This document shows, one piece after another, positions 11,926-27,348 of a stretch of DNA of 64,000 nt. A program made the translations under genes and the position numbers. Origin of the DNA: Phoronis australis (Eukaryota; Animalia; Phoronida); assembly GCA_002633005.1 (NCBI GenBank), contig NMRA01000148.1, positions 310,001 to 374,000 of the forward strand, in the 5' to 3' direction. Below the pieces are notes generated by a model that searched no databases, was not told the DNA's origin, and saw only the letters and a program-made list of their open reading frames with translations. Position 1 is the stretch's first letter. The number at the start of each line of letters is the position of its first letter.

Positions 11926-13981
11926 TGAAAACGTCTTAAATTATTGAATATGCTAGTTCCAGAGTGTGATTTTCACAAACCAGGTAACTATACGTTTCGT
12001 GTCATTGACCATGTCATTTACATTATCGTTTCTGTTTTGAAAACAAGTTTACGGCCAAAAGCTTTTACATTATCACGGTCAGACGAGCAACGTTGCTGAA
12101 ATGAACTTAGTAAACACTACATAACTGACAATGCATGGTCTGTAGGCATTGGCTCTCCGTGAATGCTCATCGATTTCTTGCGCGCAGCTATCTGATATGT
12201 ATTTTATATCACCGACACATTTCCTCTGCTCTACAGTATCTACATTACTTTACTACCTGGGTGCTCATCCTAAAACAATAAATGAATTGATGCGACTGAT
12301 ACCGGACCTATACTAGCGTCTATAGGCCGTACCAGTGATCGAGGGGCCCCAAGGTGTACCATGTTTAAAGCATGTTTATGGTGATTCCAATGCCAGGTCT
12401 TATGCGCTGATTTTTGGCTGTACATAGCAGTAATTAATAACAACAGAATAAAGATGAAAATTTACTGTCATGTTTATTATTTATTGTTCTGCCGGTCGGA
12501 AAGAGAGATAGGTCTGAACCCCTTGCCCCGCTTAGTGAATTAACTGTCACACCGCGGGGCAGTTGCCAGTGCGATCTAATGTCATAAAAACAGTAGACGG
12601 CGCTGTCGCATCCGAGGCACGCTTTTGGCCAATGTTTCCCGTTATATCGTCTGCCTTCTTCTACTAAGAGGATCTGGGAACGAGTTTGGTTTGTATTCAG
12701 GAAGTTGATTTTTATACTGACGAGGCTTCCTTCTTCGTCTTTGAGGCAACACAGTGGATGGATACTCATACCGGATTGTTATCTAGTATCGGAGTCCTAA
12801 AGATTTTTTGATATTACCCTCGATCGTTTCAGGTTTGTTTTGCAGTGCTTGTCAATGATAGCAGGTACCGTACAGTTTGTTTTGTTAAAAAGTCCTAGCA
12901 GAAGTGTTACCTCATAAAATGCGGGAATAAATATTACGTATTAGGTACAAAATGCACATTTTTTTCTCCAATAGTGTAAAACGTATGAAATCATTTGTTT
13001 TCGTCCGTGTACACAGCTCTTCCTCTGGTGAGTAAAACGATTACGGTGACTACATGCAGGAATAAACATCCCCCACGTGTTTGCTATCATATTCATCTGT
13101 GAGTTTGTGTTGCCCCGAGCTTGTATGTAATAAATTATCGAGAAGATCGTACGTGCATTATCAGTTCTGCATTTGTCGCATTTGGTGCGAATTCAGTTGG
13201 CTGTATGGTTGTCTTTGAAAGACTGGTGTGTTTCGTCAGCGACAGGCTACTGGGATTCAACTCATTCACTCAGCATTTTTCACGTTACATAAAAACTAAA
13301 ATCATATAACTTACAAAGAGTCTGAATGGGGGGACTTGGACCGAAACGTGCGACAGGTCGTAACTCTCCGTTAAGATTATGTGTAGAAACGTCGTAAAGA
13401 TACGACACTGTAGTGAAATAGGCCCTATGACTTGGTGGTCTTTGTAATTGCTTTTAAAGAAATTACTGCAGTGTCACTCCTGCTGTTACGTTTAACGTAT
13501 GAGCCTCGTAAAACTGTTTTGGTTTTTCCCGAATTCAGTGCTGAGAGCTTGCGCGAAGACACTCGGCGAAGACCCTCGGTTATTGTAATTTATCCAATGA
13601 TGTGGACTACTTTATTCAACTAAAATCCATACTTAGGGTTATGCGCCTGTAGCGTTGTTTATCCTCCAACTATATATTAGCAATTATAGCGAACCATCGG
13701 AGTTCATTAGAATGTATCAATTTATCGACCGCGCATACATTTTTGCAGTCTGCAATCACTTGGTTCAATGTTTATCTTGGCTCCTACAAAATATTGTCGT
13801 CTATAACCTACCCTACTTTCGAGGCCGGTGTTGTAAAGAGCATGTTCGATTTACTATTTTGTCTTTTTCTAAGTCTAAACATTTAGTTAGGACTATCGTT
13901 GCGGTAACTAAATTGTTAGCGTTCCATATTTGTAGACGTTTGCAAGTGAAAGCAGTTATATCTTGGTATGGTGATATTTAA

Positions 13982-14890
13982 AGGGACATTTACGGCCAAA
14001 AACGCATTTTTGGGATTATTTTGGATGAGCTAGACATCTAGAAGTTATTAGTCTGGACCAGAGCTATAAAAAACAAAATTCGTTTTTTCCCGCGATCTTA
14101 TTACTAATTGCCAGTTCTTGCCGTTGTCTGCCAGACATTCGCTGAAATCAAAGCCAGTGTCTTTAATATTTAAATACGCTTTTAAAAATGTTATATTTGG
14201 GGCGCGGGATTTGGCTCTCGACAGAGCGTTAGGCTGCTACTGCGTTGCTGTTAATTTCTGAAAACTGTTCTATTGTCGAGAATATCTCTTTAAAAGTTAC
14301 CACGTGCGACGCAATATAGAATTTGAATGTGAAACCCCCACGCGGATAGAGACACAGTTGAATGAATTGCCAATTTTGCGAATTTTTTATTACAACCGCT
14401 CGTCAACCAGGCCTTGTATGAGAAATACAGTTTTAAATTTTAACAGCTCGCCTATTTTTGGAGCCTAGTTTTTGTGCTGAAAACTTTCCTTAAAGGCATC
14501 CTTCTCTCATATTGGTTGGTGTGTGGCTTGGCTATGGGTCTAACACTCAGAAAACGCTCTTGATCCACACTCCTAAATCTAGCGGACCACTTGAATTTAA
14601 CAAACTTTGGTTGAAATCAGTGCGAATCGCGTCAGGTATGTAAACACATCACTCTCGGTGTTACGAGTCGGTGTACTTGTCGTTTAGGTGGTATTTTCCG
14701 CTCCTACGCGTAATACATACAATAAACAAATGGAGCTGATGACATATTTACGAAACGGATTTGCGCTTGCCAAATGTCAAACGTTCTCCTAACAATCCCC
14801 CGGTGATCATGTAAAACTGAACGTGAACAGTAGGCGTTCATTGAAGAGTAATATATTGTTTGTGGTAAAAATGACAGGTTACGCAAATGT
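13982..14890. mobile_element. Kolobok-like non-autonomous DNA element (degenerate)
   Basis: Starts ttaa|agggacatttacgg, with a partial inverted match cgcaaatgtc near 14882. The first ~100 bp resemble the element starting ttaa|agggacg at about 17130. Right boundary approximate. Confidence 0.4.
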
Positions 14891-17800
14891 CGTGGTGTGC
14901 TTCCATTAAATATAACAAAAGTTTCCTTCTGGTTTCCTTTGTCTTACGCATGTGTTATAAAACTAAAGTTGTTTAATGTTACGATGCCCAGCGTTTACAC
15001 ATCAAAGTCCTGAATATTTCTCTAGTAGATGCTTTCAAGTGTGGCGTGTATTAGCAAATACATGCTTCATATTACCACCGTGCACTCTCGGTTCCAATTA
15101 GTTCTACTGAAAGACTCATTAGAAGCTTATACGTCTGTAATACCCAACAATAAACTCCAAAATGTGATTTTGTACATAAAGCATATTGTGTTTCACCTGT
15201 TGAATTATATCACTGAAATATTATAGTCCCGTCAACACATAGCCTACCCTAGAACAACTTGCATTAGTGCAACTCACCCCACTTTTAAGACTGTCAGGAT
15301 TTACACCAGTATATTTTGTAAGTCGTCACCCCAAAATGCTGGGTGGTTTTTGACTAGTGTATAGTGAAAACTTTTTATTAAAACCAATGGCCAAAGGAAT
15401 TCAAAAAACAATTTCGACACAACGTGCATGGTTTCACAAACTGTAAACATTCGTTTATTTGCATGCAAAAGTAAAATAAACACATCATGCCATTTTTGAT
15501 TTTGATCATTTTTTCACTCACTTGGAAATTGTTGCTTCGGAGGTAAATATAGACCTCTACCATCTTTTTATCTGCAAACAAAATGCCGCAAATAAGAATG
15601 TGCTTTATCTGGGATGTTGTTGGACATTTTCTGCAGATACGATTTGACCCTCAGGTAGTATGTCGAAAACAAGAGACAGACTTGCTTGTCTGAACAAAGA
15701 TTCTACTAGGCACAGAAGTTAACAATAAGAAACCTGTTTTATCAAAGGTTTATTAGTCCGGTCTTAGCTATTCAATTTTAATTTTCATTCGTTTTATTAA
15801 CGTGTGTCGATTGAATACAAAAATATTAACTTTCACGTCAGTTGCAACGTTTCGGCATTTGGAAAAACCGCCTCCAATTTACTTGCAGGACGTCAGAAAC
15901 GAGTTGGTTTCATATGCGACGTATTGTCAGAAAAAAATTTACGCTGTCATTGGAAGGTGGCCAGGCACTTGAAAGTACACGAACAAACACAGACACAAGG
16001 AATATTTGATCATAATTAAGGTCACATGCCCCCCAGCTATGTATTGCTATTGGACTATATTCGAATATTTAAGTAAAACCAGGTGAACCTAATTCAAAAC
16101 TCAGGGCGACCTGTTTCGCATTCCTTTCAATTTGTCACAAATCAATTACCATAGAATGACCAGGAGAGAGGCCACTGTAAGGCGCGAAGTTCAAGTTACT
16201 CGCACATTTGTTTGGAAAACACCCTTATCTGTGGTCAACAAGCCTTATACTCTTGTTTTTATGACATCGACATCGACATCTAGTCTTGGTTAATTCTATT
16301 GTTTACGGTTTGTGTTCTTCATAATAGAAATCAGAAAATCGCAAAAAAAATCAGAAAAACAGCGTTTAATTCGGTACATTAAGCAGCGATTTTGGGGACT
16401 AGGATGAGATATTTGTACAATTGACTGGAACGCCGGTCTATTTTGTTGCTAAGCAGCACAAACCAGGGCACATCGACCTTGGTTGTAGAGCAATAAAATC
16501 ATAAGATACGTACGAGTAAGGGTTTCGATCTCAGCACGAACATGGCGTGTGGTATTTAGTGTACTAAAGCATCGCTGTTAGTTCTAAGATCCACTTCAGC
16601 AGAAAACACATTAGTCACGTGCATGACTTTCTTTAGCAGCCATTTTGTATGCACGTGTCCAAGACAACTAAATACTTGAACTCAGTGTTATTTCTAACCG
16701 TACTAGTTTAATGATGCTCTGCACAACAGTCAGGTTTTGGATTCAGTTAACGTCTTTTTTCCGAATTCGACTTATAAAACTAAACTTTCTTCATTGAAGT
16801 CGCGTTCGTCCGGCCGTGACACAGGAGAAATTTACGGAGGCATATGGGTTGTTTTTTAAAGAAAATAATTGTCGGACGTGTCGATTAAGTGAAAAGAAGC
16901 AAATGCAAGATTTGATGACGGTGGTGACCGGCCCGGGGCGGTCAGACTTCTGAGGCTAAGGGCCTATCAAGGGAAATCTTCGTGAGGTATAAATTTGGAC
17001 CAGGAGCAGGACAAGAGTGTTGTCATGCTATCAACAATGTCAAAATACTAGCAAAAAGTGGGCATCCCGGAGCCTGGAGCACGCTGCTTGTCTTAAAATG
17101 GTCGTATTTATGTATGTAAAGTCACTTAAAGGGACGTAATCAGTTTTACGACCGAAAACAAACACTTAGGGGGTAATTGTTGGACAGGATACACTTCTTG
17201 AAGTCATTGGTCGAAGCTGTAAACAATAAAAGCACTATCTCAATAGAAACATTGGTTCATTTGAGCTCCAACTGTTTTGATTTCTTGGCTCCATCACAAT
17301 GCATTTTGACGTGTACCTGTACAGTCTGTTGTCCACCTGCGTCGCCTGATTGAGTAATGTGAACTTTTGGCTTGAGAATGGTTTATAGTGAATAAACCGA
17401 AACGTCGGATCAATATGCCTTTGTTTACTTACGCGCTAATTTTAAAGTTTGTGCTCATGTTTTGCCCAAAAACAAATGTGATCAAACAATAAAATCTTTT
17501 GGTTATGTGATTTTATTGGAAATCGCCAATTCTCCTCGGGCGTTGGCTGCCAATCATTAGCGGAATTCAAAGCCGGTGACTTGACCAGTTAAATATGCAT
17601 GAAATACTCTTAATTTATCAAGTCGTGTTTAACTCTGCCAACAAAGCGTTGGACTGTGACCTCTGTCACTTGAACACAAGATTGTGTGACGGTATTAATA
17701 AATATATTTTCTGTGATTTGGTCATTAACAACATCACCGAATGAGCTCTCACAAGCAAAGCTTTCCTGTTGGGCAGCGCCTTCTACCAAGAAAACAACTT

Positions 17801-19949
17801 GCTGTTGTAAAACCGGTCTCTTCTTGTTATCGCTCTGGTCAGAAATGAACTCTTTTGTCGAAATCGTTCGTTATTGCTTTAGACCAGGCTCATGGAGTCT
17901 CCTTGTCACGCCGGGTCAAATTGAGCCGCCGAAACATTATCGTGACTGCCTGGGGAATTCCAGGTGTTTGATTGCAACCAATTTCAATTCACGCAAAGGT
18001 TAAGAACACGGTATCTCTTCCCTTTGGAAGAGCCAAATAAATACGTCTGAGAAGCGGCCACTTTTGACAACATAACATGTTTAAGCGGCGGTAATTTAAA
18101 ACATGAATGAGCGTTAAACGACGGTGGTATCAAAGTTTAGCGTTTGTAGCAACTGGCGGAAACGGTCTCTTTGAGGTATCTGTTTTTCGAGTGGTTAATG
18201 AGTGAGTAATTATTAGCTCACCACTTAAACCGTGACCAGACGGAACACAAGTTACCATCAGCTCCTGAGCTGCCATCGGGTGTGATCGGTTGACCTCGAA
18301 TCATCCTCGCGGTATTTCTTCTCATTAACGTGGATTAGCTCATTAAAATAATAAAACTTCGTGCACGCAGATGTGCCTTTCATTTACGTGCCTCAGTCAA
18401 AAGCGAGATGGGCGCTCTTATTCAAGGCTATACTCTGCGAGGCACACGTGCTCGATCGTCTCCCTCGGCTGTCCGCACACCCCGATTTTTCGTCGTACAC
18501 GACTTCTTGTACTCGAATGAGATCGCCGTTTATACATTCCGATTGTCGGATACGACGTTTTAGCTGGGAAATCCTATTTCAACCACACTCTCCAACTGTA
18601 GTTGAGTACAACTGCTGTATACAAAGTCGGACACGATTAACCAGCCGTAGTCCTCTAGCCGGACACATCACCCTGAACATCATTCGAATCTCTCAGTCCC
18701 CTACATCTGATCACACACTTTACATTATCCATGATGTATTGGTGTAGCCACTCTCATCGCATGAAGTCGCTGCCTCCTTTCAGAGAACTGAAAGCCAGGA
18801 GCAGCGCAGTATAATTAGCATGTTCGTTTAATGATAATACCTTGTTGCTTAGTCTATTTTGACCTTATGTTTCTCAAGGTTAGCACAGGTTTACCGTTTA
18901 CACCATTTTAGCAGTAAGTGTACTTGTGTTCATGCAGTCCGGGTGACGATAAAGCTCTGTTTACACACACCCGGATTGCCGTATTATATGGGTTGTTTTC
19001 GTATATCACTAATGAAGAAGACTGTATATCGGAGCTGAGTAGACAAGTCCCCGAAACGATTTTTGACCTCAAAAGTCGTATTAATACTGTTTTTCGTTTG
19101 AAATAGGACACGTCCGGGTTTGCTCCGAAATTGCATCAATCCTTTTCGAAATCCTATACGACAAACGTCTTTTCGTTCGGAGATCAGTGATTCAATCTGC
19201 GTTCTCAAGATCAATTTAGTAGTTAGCAGCAGGGTTGCTTTAAGCGTTTGGAACACCGATTGTTCACATATTGTTCGGAAATGCGACGGAAATGATGAGA
19301 GGGTTTCCTTCCATCACTTTCCTGGGTCTGAATTTATATTCATTTTAGTTTGAAGGCAAAGTCTCAAGGAAGCAGCAATCTTTTACAACAAACCAAAACA
19401 TGCCGCAAAAGCGGTGCCAGCTTCTCAACTTATTTTAATTCAAAACAAGCAGTTGTCATGTATGCATTCTGACTGTCCATTGTTCAGTAAAATCTTAGTA
19501 CGTCAAGCACGGTACAGATGCCCTTGGCTCAGTTGAACGAACACTGCGCATGATATGTCACTGATGACTGGTATTGCGTGTATGGCACCGTAGGCAGAGC
19601 ATGGATTCCGTTCGCTTAATGGAAAAGATAATAACTGTTATTTAAACATGGTTTTGTTGATAGGGTGACGCGGAAAAGACTATTATGATGCGCCTGTGAG
19701 GAAATTTCAAGTAATTGAAACCCAATGTGTCGAGTTTTTGCACAAAATTAAGACCAAGCTTAATTAACTTGTATTGTGTTTCCTGCGTAAAAGGATTTAA
19801 GTAATATATCGTATAGTAGTCCCATGTTTATACGGACAGCACTCGAAGGAGACGTGACTCGACAGGCGCCAAGTGTGATTAATACTTATTTCAATTTTCG
19901 GTTTGAACAGCTTGTAAAAATAACTAATCACCCCTCCTGATCAATTGTA

Positions 19950-20960
19950 TTAAAAGGGTGTATTAGTCCCCCGGGTCCAATCACCGGAAAGAATTTTAAA
20001 AATCTGTTTTAACCTTCTTTGAAACCACTGTGACCTTCGGGCCAAATCCCCATAAGCCCTACATCATGCGAGAGAATGTCAATAAGTGTTTTTTATAGTC
20101 TTTGAATTCGACAGAACATTTGAACCTATAGACTTTAATTAAACTACAAACCAGCCATTGGTCGAAACATAAGCTTCGCTACTTCGAATATCAAGTCCGC
20201 GGAAGAAGGGACAAAATTCACTACAGTGTTTTCAAACATGTAGCAAAAATGTTCGCGTTCTGCAAAGACGATTAAAGTGACAATTCCACCGTCCTTCGGC
20301 CGAACAATGAAAATCTTGTGATCATCTCTAATAAAATGGGCTAAGATCTGCAGACCAAGTTTCTTGAATTACGAAAGGCGAGATCGCGGAAGTCTTCGCG
20401 AGATATCATCATGCACTATTACTGAAGCACGTGGTCACACTAGCTTTCCTCGCGTTTGGCAGGTCAACAGAGCGCAACACCGGTATCAAAATTTTCCTTG
20501 CCATGAGATAAATGATTTCTAACAACCAAAAGGAATAAAAATATCACAGCGGTTGATATGAAGCAGCTATTTTAGTGATGACCAACCCTGTAAAAACTGA
20601 CGGCTTTTTGGCGTTCTTTTTTACTTCCGGGATGCACTGGAAGCCATTTTCTTTTGTGTGGTTACAGCTGCATTAAAGCCGCGTTCCGTCGAAGAAGCCA
20701 ATTTTTTATTTAGACCACTTACCGTGAAACTGGTCTCAACTTGTTTACTCGGATGAGAAATGATTTATGGCAAAGATCTGACAGTTTGTTAAGGTTAGCA
20801 GAGACCATGCTTGGCGAATAAAATGACACGTCGTGATATTGTAGAGCCTGGTCTTTAGCAACAACGAACTGTCGGTTCTTTCCAAGCTCACAAACCACAT
20901 CTGTGAGGAACAATTTGGTACCAATTTCATAACCCTAAGAGAAGTTGCGTTTTTGCGATG
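19950..20960. mobile_element. Probable Kolobok-like non-autonomous element
   Basis: TTAA-flanked start ttaaaagggtgtattagtccccc and internal near-palindromic gcgagatcgcg / ttcgcgaga motifs. Boundaries approximate. Confidence 0.3.
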
Positions 20961-23900
20961 TGGGGCGAGTTTATTGCCACTTTAGGTAACCTCGTTTACG
21001 TTACAGCGAGTGAGTATGTGGGAAATATTTCATTAAATCTGTATTGAGGATGTAAGCAGAAACCATAGTCACCGTTAATCTTTGAGCACTAGTGGGCGTT
21101 GATTGAACTCTATATAATCTATGCGGAATACACTCAGAATCATTTATCAGAATTGTACACATTTTTGTAATGGTCGTATGACCGTTATTGAGCGATTATT
21201 GTCGAAATGTTATTTTCAGTGGACACAAAGTCGATTTTGACTAATAAATTTTTAGTATACTTTTTTATTGAAGCCCACGTCGAAACCTGAAGAAAAGTTT
21301 CTTTGGCTGGTGAATATGTTCTGCAGTATGTGTACTGATAGCAAAGAGCAATCGAGTATTTTCCCCAATAGGCACAAGTTCACATGCAGTTTGAAATACT
21401 TGTTTGGATTACATGTGATAGCATATCGATTGTTGGGTGAAATGTAGGCCGGCTAGCTCTAAAACCGAGAAATTAACGATTCACCTAGGTAAAATCCGTA
21501 CAAAATACTACTTAGTCGGATAGGCTCGTGCTTACATAAATTTAACGATTCCGAGAATACTTGGCTGTGGCCGAACAAAGCCCGATACTTTAGAACAACG
21601 GACTAAGTAAGAACGTCAAGTGCTAAGATGTTAATTCTCATCCGGTTTCTGTCTCATTTCCGTCAAAAGCATCGCCGTATATTTAACTCTGAATCACTCC
21701 ATGGAAGGACGCACCAGAGGCTAATGTATTTTCTTTTCTCTGCAAAAATGTCGGCTGCGCGAGAGAATGACGTCACACTTCTGTAAAAATAACACTGGGC
21801 AGTATGTAAACGGCTGCACCGGGATATCGCTACGCACGACATAATGAACAGCAAACATACCTGTACTTATCTAAGCTTTAAAAGATCCCTTGAGGTACAT
21901 TACATGCAATTTTCAGAGCATGTTTAAGTCGGTTGCACAAGAAATGGTATCTTGCCAGAGACAGGTATCCATTAAAAGAAACTATTACTATTAACTGCAG
22001 CACTAATAATATGCTTCAACACACTCGAATTACTTTTTGCAGAATTTGGTTTTGTCCTAGAACATTCTCCTACTAGCCGAGTGGCTGCAGTCCACAAATT
22101 AGTTCAGTTTATTATCCGCAAGACAAATTGTTTTTATAAATTCCTTTTTGATGAAGTAAATTTAATAGCAAACGTCTGACAGACTTATCGTAGCTCTAAC
22201 AAACAAAGCAATTAGGCGCCTGTGGTTTGAGTTGAATTAGTGTAATGCTAAGATACTCTTTCCTGTAAAACATTGGTTACCTTTGATTAACTTCGCCGGT
22301 TCCGCCGGATCAAGGAACTGAGATATGTGATTGGTCTGTAAGCCGGAAGTCGTCATAAGGCCCTTTTATACTAACATAACGTTAACATAAACTGCGAAGT
22401 TAATTGAACCGTTCATACCAGCTTCGGAAGTTAACGGCATCGAAGTAAACGGTAGGTGACGCTGTCGTCGTCGAAGTAATCGCAAGGTAGCCCTGATGTA
22501 TCCCGTGTGGCAATATGAGAACATTTACGTGTGCTAAATGACATAAAACCTATTTCTAATTCGATTGGTGGTTATTGGGGCAAAATATGAGCAACAATTA
22601 GAGACGATACTGCTCTTTAATTGTTGACGATAACAGTGACCCTGGCGATAACTTCGATGAAACCGAAGCTGACCGTTCATGCCGCAGCGTCGGCGCCGTG
22701 CTGTTGAATCCATCTGTTTACTGCGAAGTTAACTGGTGCTGTTAACTTTGATTCAGGACCGAAATTAACCGTTCATCATGACCGCAACTCCCCAAAACAT
22801 CGACGTGCAATCGGTTTTATTGTACGAGTTTTTACCTAATTTGAAATGAAACACACAAATCACCTCACTTAGATAAAAAGCGAAAGGTGTGAATTTGGTC
22901 AGGCTATGTTTGCCACAGGTAACATTCCTCGGAGCTGTCCGTTATCATTTTCGGTACCAATAAGAGCAAGATTTGTACCGGTATATAGTTCTTGACTTTC
23001 AAATTATATTTTTGAAATTGCATCATATTCGTGGAATCTGATATTTTTAACTGGGTATGTTGGGGCATTGACCACTTTTAGACGCTATATATTTAACTGC
23101 ATTCGCACACTGTGCTTTAATTTGCCACAGATTCCTGAGAATTCGCTGAACGGTATCCTGATTGGGCTATTTTTATAAACTGTAGACGTGTACGTAACTT
23201 CGCACCGCCCTCGTGTGACTCCCGCCTGAACCAAGCATTATGGATAATGTAAATACATTACTACCCAAAGCGCTAGTCTAAGTTTAGTTCATTACGCATA
23301 TTTGTGTACAGACAAATTCTGTAGCTTACAAAGTCCTGTAATACAATCTCCAAGGCGCTCTAAAGTGAAGACATTCGTGATGATGTCAAATCCTAATCTG
23401 ACGCGCGTTCGTATCCAACTGGTCACGTGCTCTTTTCCTGCTATAGCAGCGTGTGAGCAAAACTATACTCGGTTCCGTTCCATAAAGCAAGACGCGAATG
23501 AATGCTAGTGAGATCGCGTGTTTCGCTTATAATACCTGGCGATATCGCCTGAAGGCATTTGTCTGATCTCGCCAAACTAAAGGAATTGTCCTTGCTGAAG
23601 GCAGTCCTGGGTTGCGTTCCCCGCTAACTTCGCGAGACTGCGGCGAGAAATCTTTGCTTATGAGATAGAAGCCGTCAATGTTCTCTCATACTAAAGCTGC
23701 ATTTTGCCGCCAATATTAATTTTTTAACCGAAGCACTTTGGTACTTAAAATATTACCACACTCATCCGAACTTGAATTATAGCCGAATGCGGCAACTCAA
23801 GTCACAGGCAATGCCCACGTGCTCCAAAAATTGTTGACTAACCCCTATAAACTCTGATGATTTCGATTTTTTTTTTTGGTAAGAGAATTAGAATTCTATC

Positions 23901-26900
23901 AAGGTAAACAATGCTACGAGACCGATTTTATGGGAGTAAAATGCCTAATTCTATTTGTTTTGTTTTAACCAGCTGAACAGGGCGAACGTCAACTTTGAAT
24001 GTTCCAGTTTCGCCCACCAGTCAATACAGAAACTATGAATTTTCCCCTGCACTAAAACATTTCAGTTTCGTCCACCAACCACTTCAGTGGCAGCTATTTA
24101 GCTAGAATTTTACTGGATATTCCTTGACTGAGCTTAAGTGCTCGCGAAACACTCGCTTGTTACTAAGCGTGATTCTGCGCGGTCACGCGTGATGTCACTC
24201 GTCTCGCAAGAACTCTTCTCAACGGAACGCTCTACTGCAAGCTGCAAAACTATATGACGTGAACATGCGGTCTCTGATGACCTTTTAACGGATGTCAAGA
24301 GACGTAAAAAACAAAAAGGATTGTGGGAAAGTGGTCATCGCATGGAGTACCGCTAGCAGATGTAGACATACGATCTGTAAAAAAACATTTGGTTTTAAAA
24401 GTATTTCACGCAGCTAAAAGTTCAGGTATTAATGAACAGGTAACATTTATCCAAAATCAGTTACTAGCTTATTGAGCAGACAGTGTCTGGATTCTGAATT
24501 GGAGGACTCGTATCCCACAAACCTGTGCTCTGGGATGCGCACACATCGAGTTTAGGTATCTGTAAAAAGGTCCAAATTATAATGGTTATTAATTACTTGA
24601 GAGGACAATTTCAGTTTTTGTTATTTCGTTTACCAAATGAGAAATTTTCTGTTATCAACAATGTAGTCGTAAATCGCTCCTCCGGGTTTTTTCTCTTGGC
24701 TTGAAACAGTATGTCATTTGGTTGTTTTATGTAGCTCGTTTTTATCTTCCTGTTACTCATTTTCACATCTTGCTCGTCACATTTCACCTGGGGGTCTGTT
24801 TAATGAAGGGGACTTGAGACTTAAGACAGAAATTTGGTCCCAAAGCGCTTTTGATTACTCGGACGCCAGTTAAAACTGTGAACATTTCGTCAAATGTGCA
24901 GTGCGAAAGTAAGAATCAAAATGGTTCATAGTGTGAATGCAATGCCCTGTTTGATTCGGTTTCTGAGACCATCCATAGAAAACCGTATTATTACTCTCCT
25001 CATTAGCTTTCAGGGATACTAGAGAAGTGAGTTTCAGTTTGCCGATGGTAAATACCTGGTAAATACCTGGTGAAATGATTGAATTTGAGAATCATATTAA
25101 AAGTGTGATTTCTGCCGCCATTAAACTTAATGAGAAAAATCTCATTCCAGGTATCTCCAAATGATTCATACTTTTAAGGAAGACAACGGCCATTTTCTTC
25201 ACCCGAGCAGTCCTCATCGGACTTGCGGAGAGCTGTTTGTTCTATTATTTATTACGTCAACTCTTCCATACCATAGCCGGCTATTCAGTTTTAAAGTACA
25301 ACTCGTGAGGTGCATCGCTTGAAAAACCTAATGGCTGGTAACGAAATTATCATGAAAGTCGGTCGTTCGTTATAAGGCTTGGCACAAACGAGTGGACTCA
25401 GTGAGGAGGAATTTGTCGGATTATCTGTGTGTATGCCCATTTGTTGCTTGTTCCATGTATACGTTTTCATAACCTAGGGAACAGTAAAAGAGCATTTATG
25501 TGTATCTCACATCGGTCTTTTTATCGTTAAGATGTTTTTTGAAATATCTATAATGAATTGTGGGACACTGATGTTCAAAGCAGTAGAGCTCTCCGTTGAC
25601 CTAGTTTTTTGCGAGAAAAGCAAGATCTTACAAGACGTCACGCGAGTAAAAAATCGATTGTTTCGGGAGTATGCTTGGGAGTTTAGCGTACTAGGCAATT
25701 CTAGCAAATGGCGGCCACTGAAGCAAAGATTTTATAGTATCGTTGACTGAAGTGATTAGTTGGCGATTTTGGAGTGTTGAATTGTGGGATTGAATTGGTC
25801 GTTTCCGTTCCATAAGCGAATTTTTGTCGCCGCAAGCGGTCTACGGAACGCAGTCCTGAACTGGTACCAGCTAATGAAACCAGAGGTCGAACACTTATAT
25901 TTCGTACCAGATGGAGACGAAAATGTATAATCCCTTAAAATCCATTGATAGTATACAACATATTAACCAGTTGAACGTTCCATTTGGGTATTCTGAACAA
26001 GTCGATTAATACTGACCATAAAGTGAATTGGATCAAATTAGATTTCAAGTCGTAGTTGTAGCACTTGGTAATCATATTTCACGGCACACCCGCACTTTCA
26101 GCCCAATCATACATGTGAGATGAGGGTATATTAAATGATATTTGATTTGCCACGTTATATAGTATGTTACTGAAACACGTTTATATGTATGCGCAACAAA
26201 CTGCAAACGTTTTCCGGCAACACAAATTTGAACCTGCAGTGTGTTCGCAAAAGTAGAGCCTTTCCTCGTCTTTTTCCGTGAAATCCCATATATATTACTT
26301 GTGTGGTTTTACGGTTCTACTTTTTAAGAAGATCTCTACTTTCTCAAAATTGGCATTTCGTAGACTCAGTGCAAATTACGTAGACTATACCATAACATGA
26401 CATATCCGTTATTGAGAGTTATGTTGGTTTAACAGCGAGAGGCGCACATTGGGATGTTTAATTGGTTAATTTCACCCCAGTTACAGGTTAATAATGGACA
26501 ATCGCGCCATGTCTGTCGGCCATTGACCACGTGCGTGATTCATCAGAGGCATAAAATGCTTAACGCGTTTTCTTTTACTTCCATACCATTTCCCTGATTG
26601 GTTTCAAATAAATTGTTGGGAGATATTATAATGGGAGGTAAAATGCTTCAGTACATCTAGAGTTTCCATAAATTTTATCTGTTTTGTTTGCTTATTTTAT
26701 AGATTTTGCTACTTTTAAACATTAGTCCTTTCTCTTGGCTGTTGTCAATGGAATCAAATGTAAATAATTCCTATTTAGCAGTGATCCTTAGAAACTAAAG
26801 AAACTTTGGTTTTCAGCAGTCTTATCGTTATAGGTCTTGAATTTATCAGTCGGAAACTTTGAGCATAAAATTGTAGCTTATAGGAAACAGAGAAAGTGCA

Positions 26901-26916
26901 AGGAATCGCATGGCTG

Positions 26917-26949
26917 TGATGATGATGATGATGATGATGATGGTGATGA
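26917..26949. repeat. (GAT)n microsatellite in junctophilin intron 1
   Basis: gatgatgat... run with one ggt interruption. Confidence 0.85.
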
Positions 26950-27348
26950 CCAGGCAAAGTAAACTACAGAAACTGAACCGACAGAGATCACCCGTTTTTT
27001 AGCCGGGTGCATCTGGCGGTGATTACCTATGTTATGACTACCAAATACCAAGCGAGCGAACAGCTGTGAACGTCGCCTGCATCAACTCAGAGAAAATTGA
27101 GTTGAACCAGAACACTGTGCTGGGTAAATATGCCAACTATAGAGCAACTCTAAATTGTCAGAAATAAACACAAATGTTTGACTAATACAAGATTTTTAAA
27201 GCACTCCCTTCTTTGACTCATTTAGAAATTTATTCGTCGTTCATTTACATTTTACTGTTAAAGGGTCACTTGCCGCTGGCACGCTTTTTCTATGTCGAAG
27301 ACGTTTGGGTACCATCAGCTCAAGTTACTTTGCATCCAAGAAGATTAA

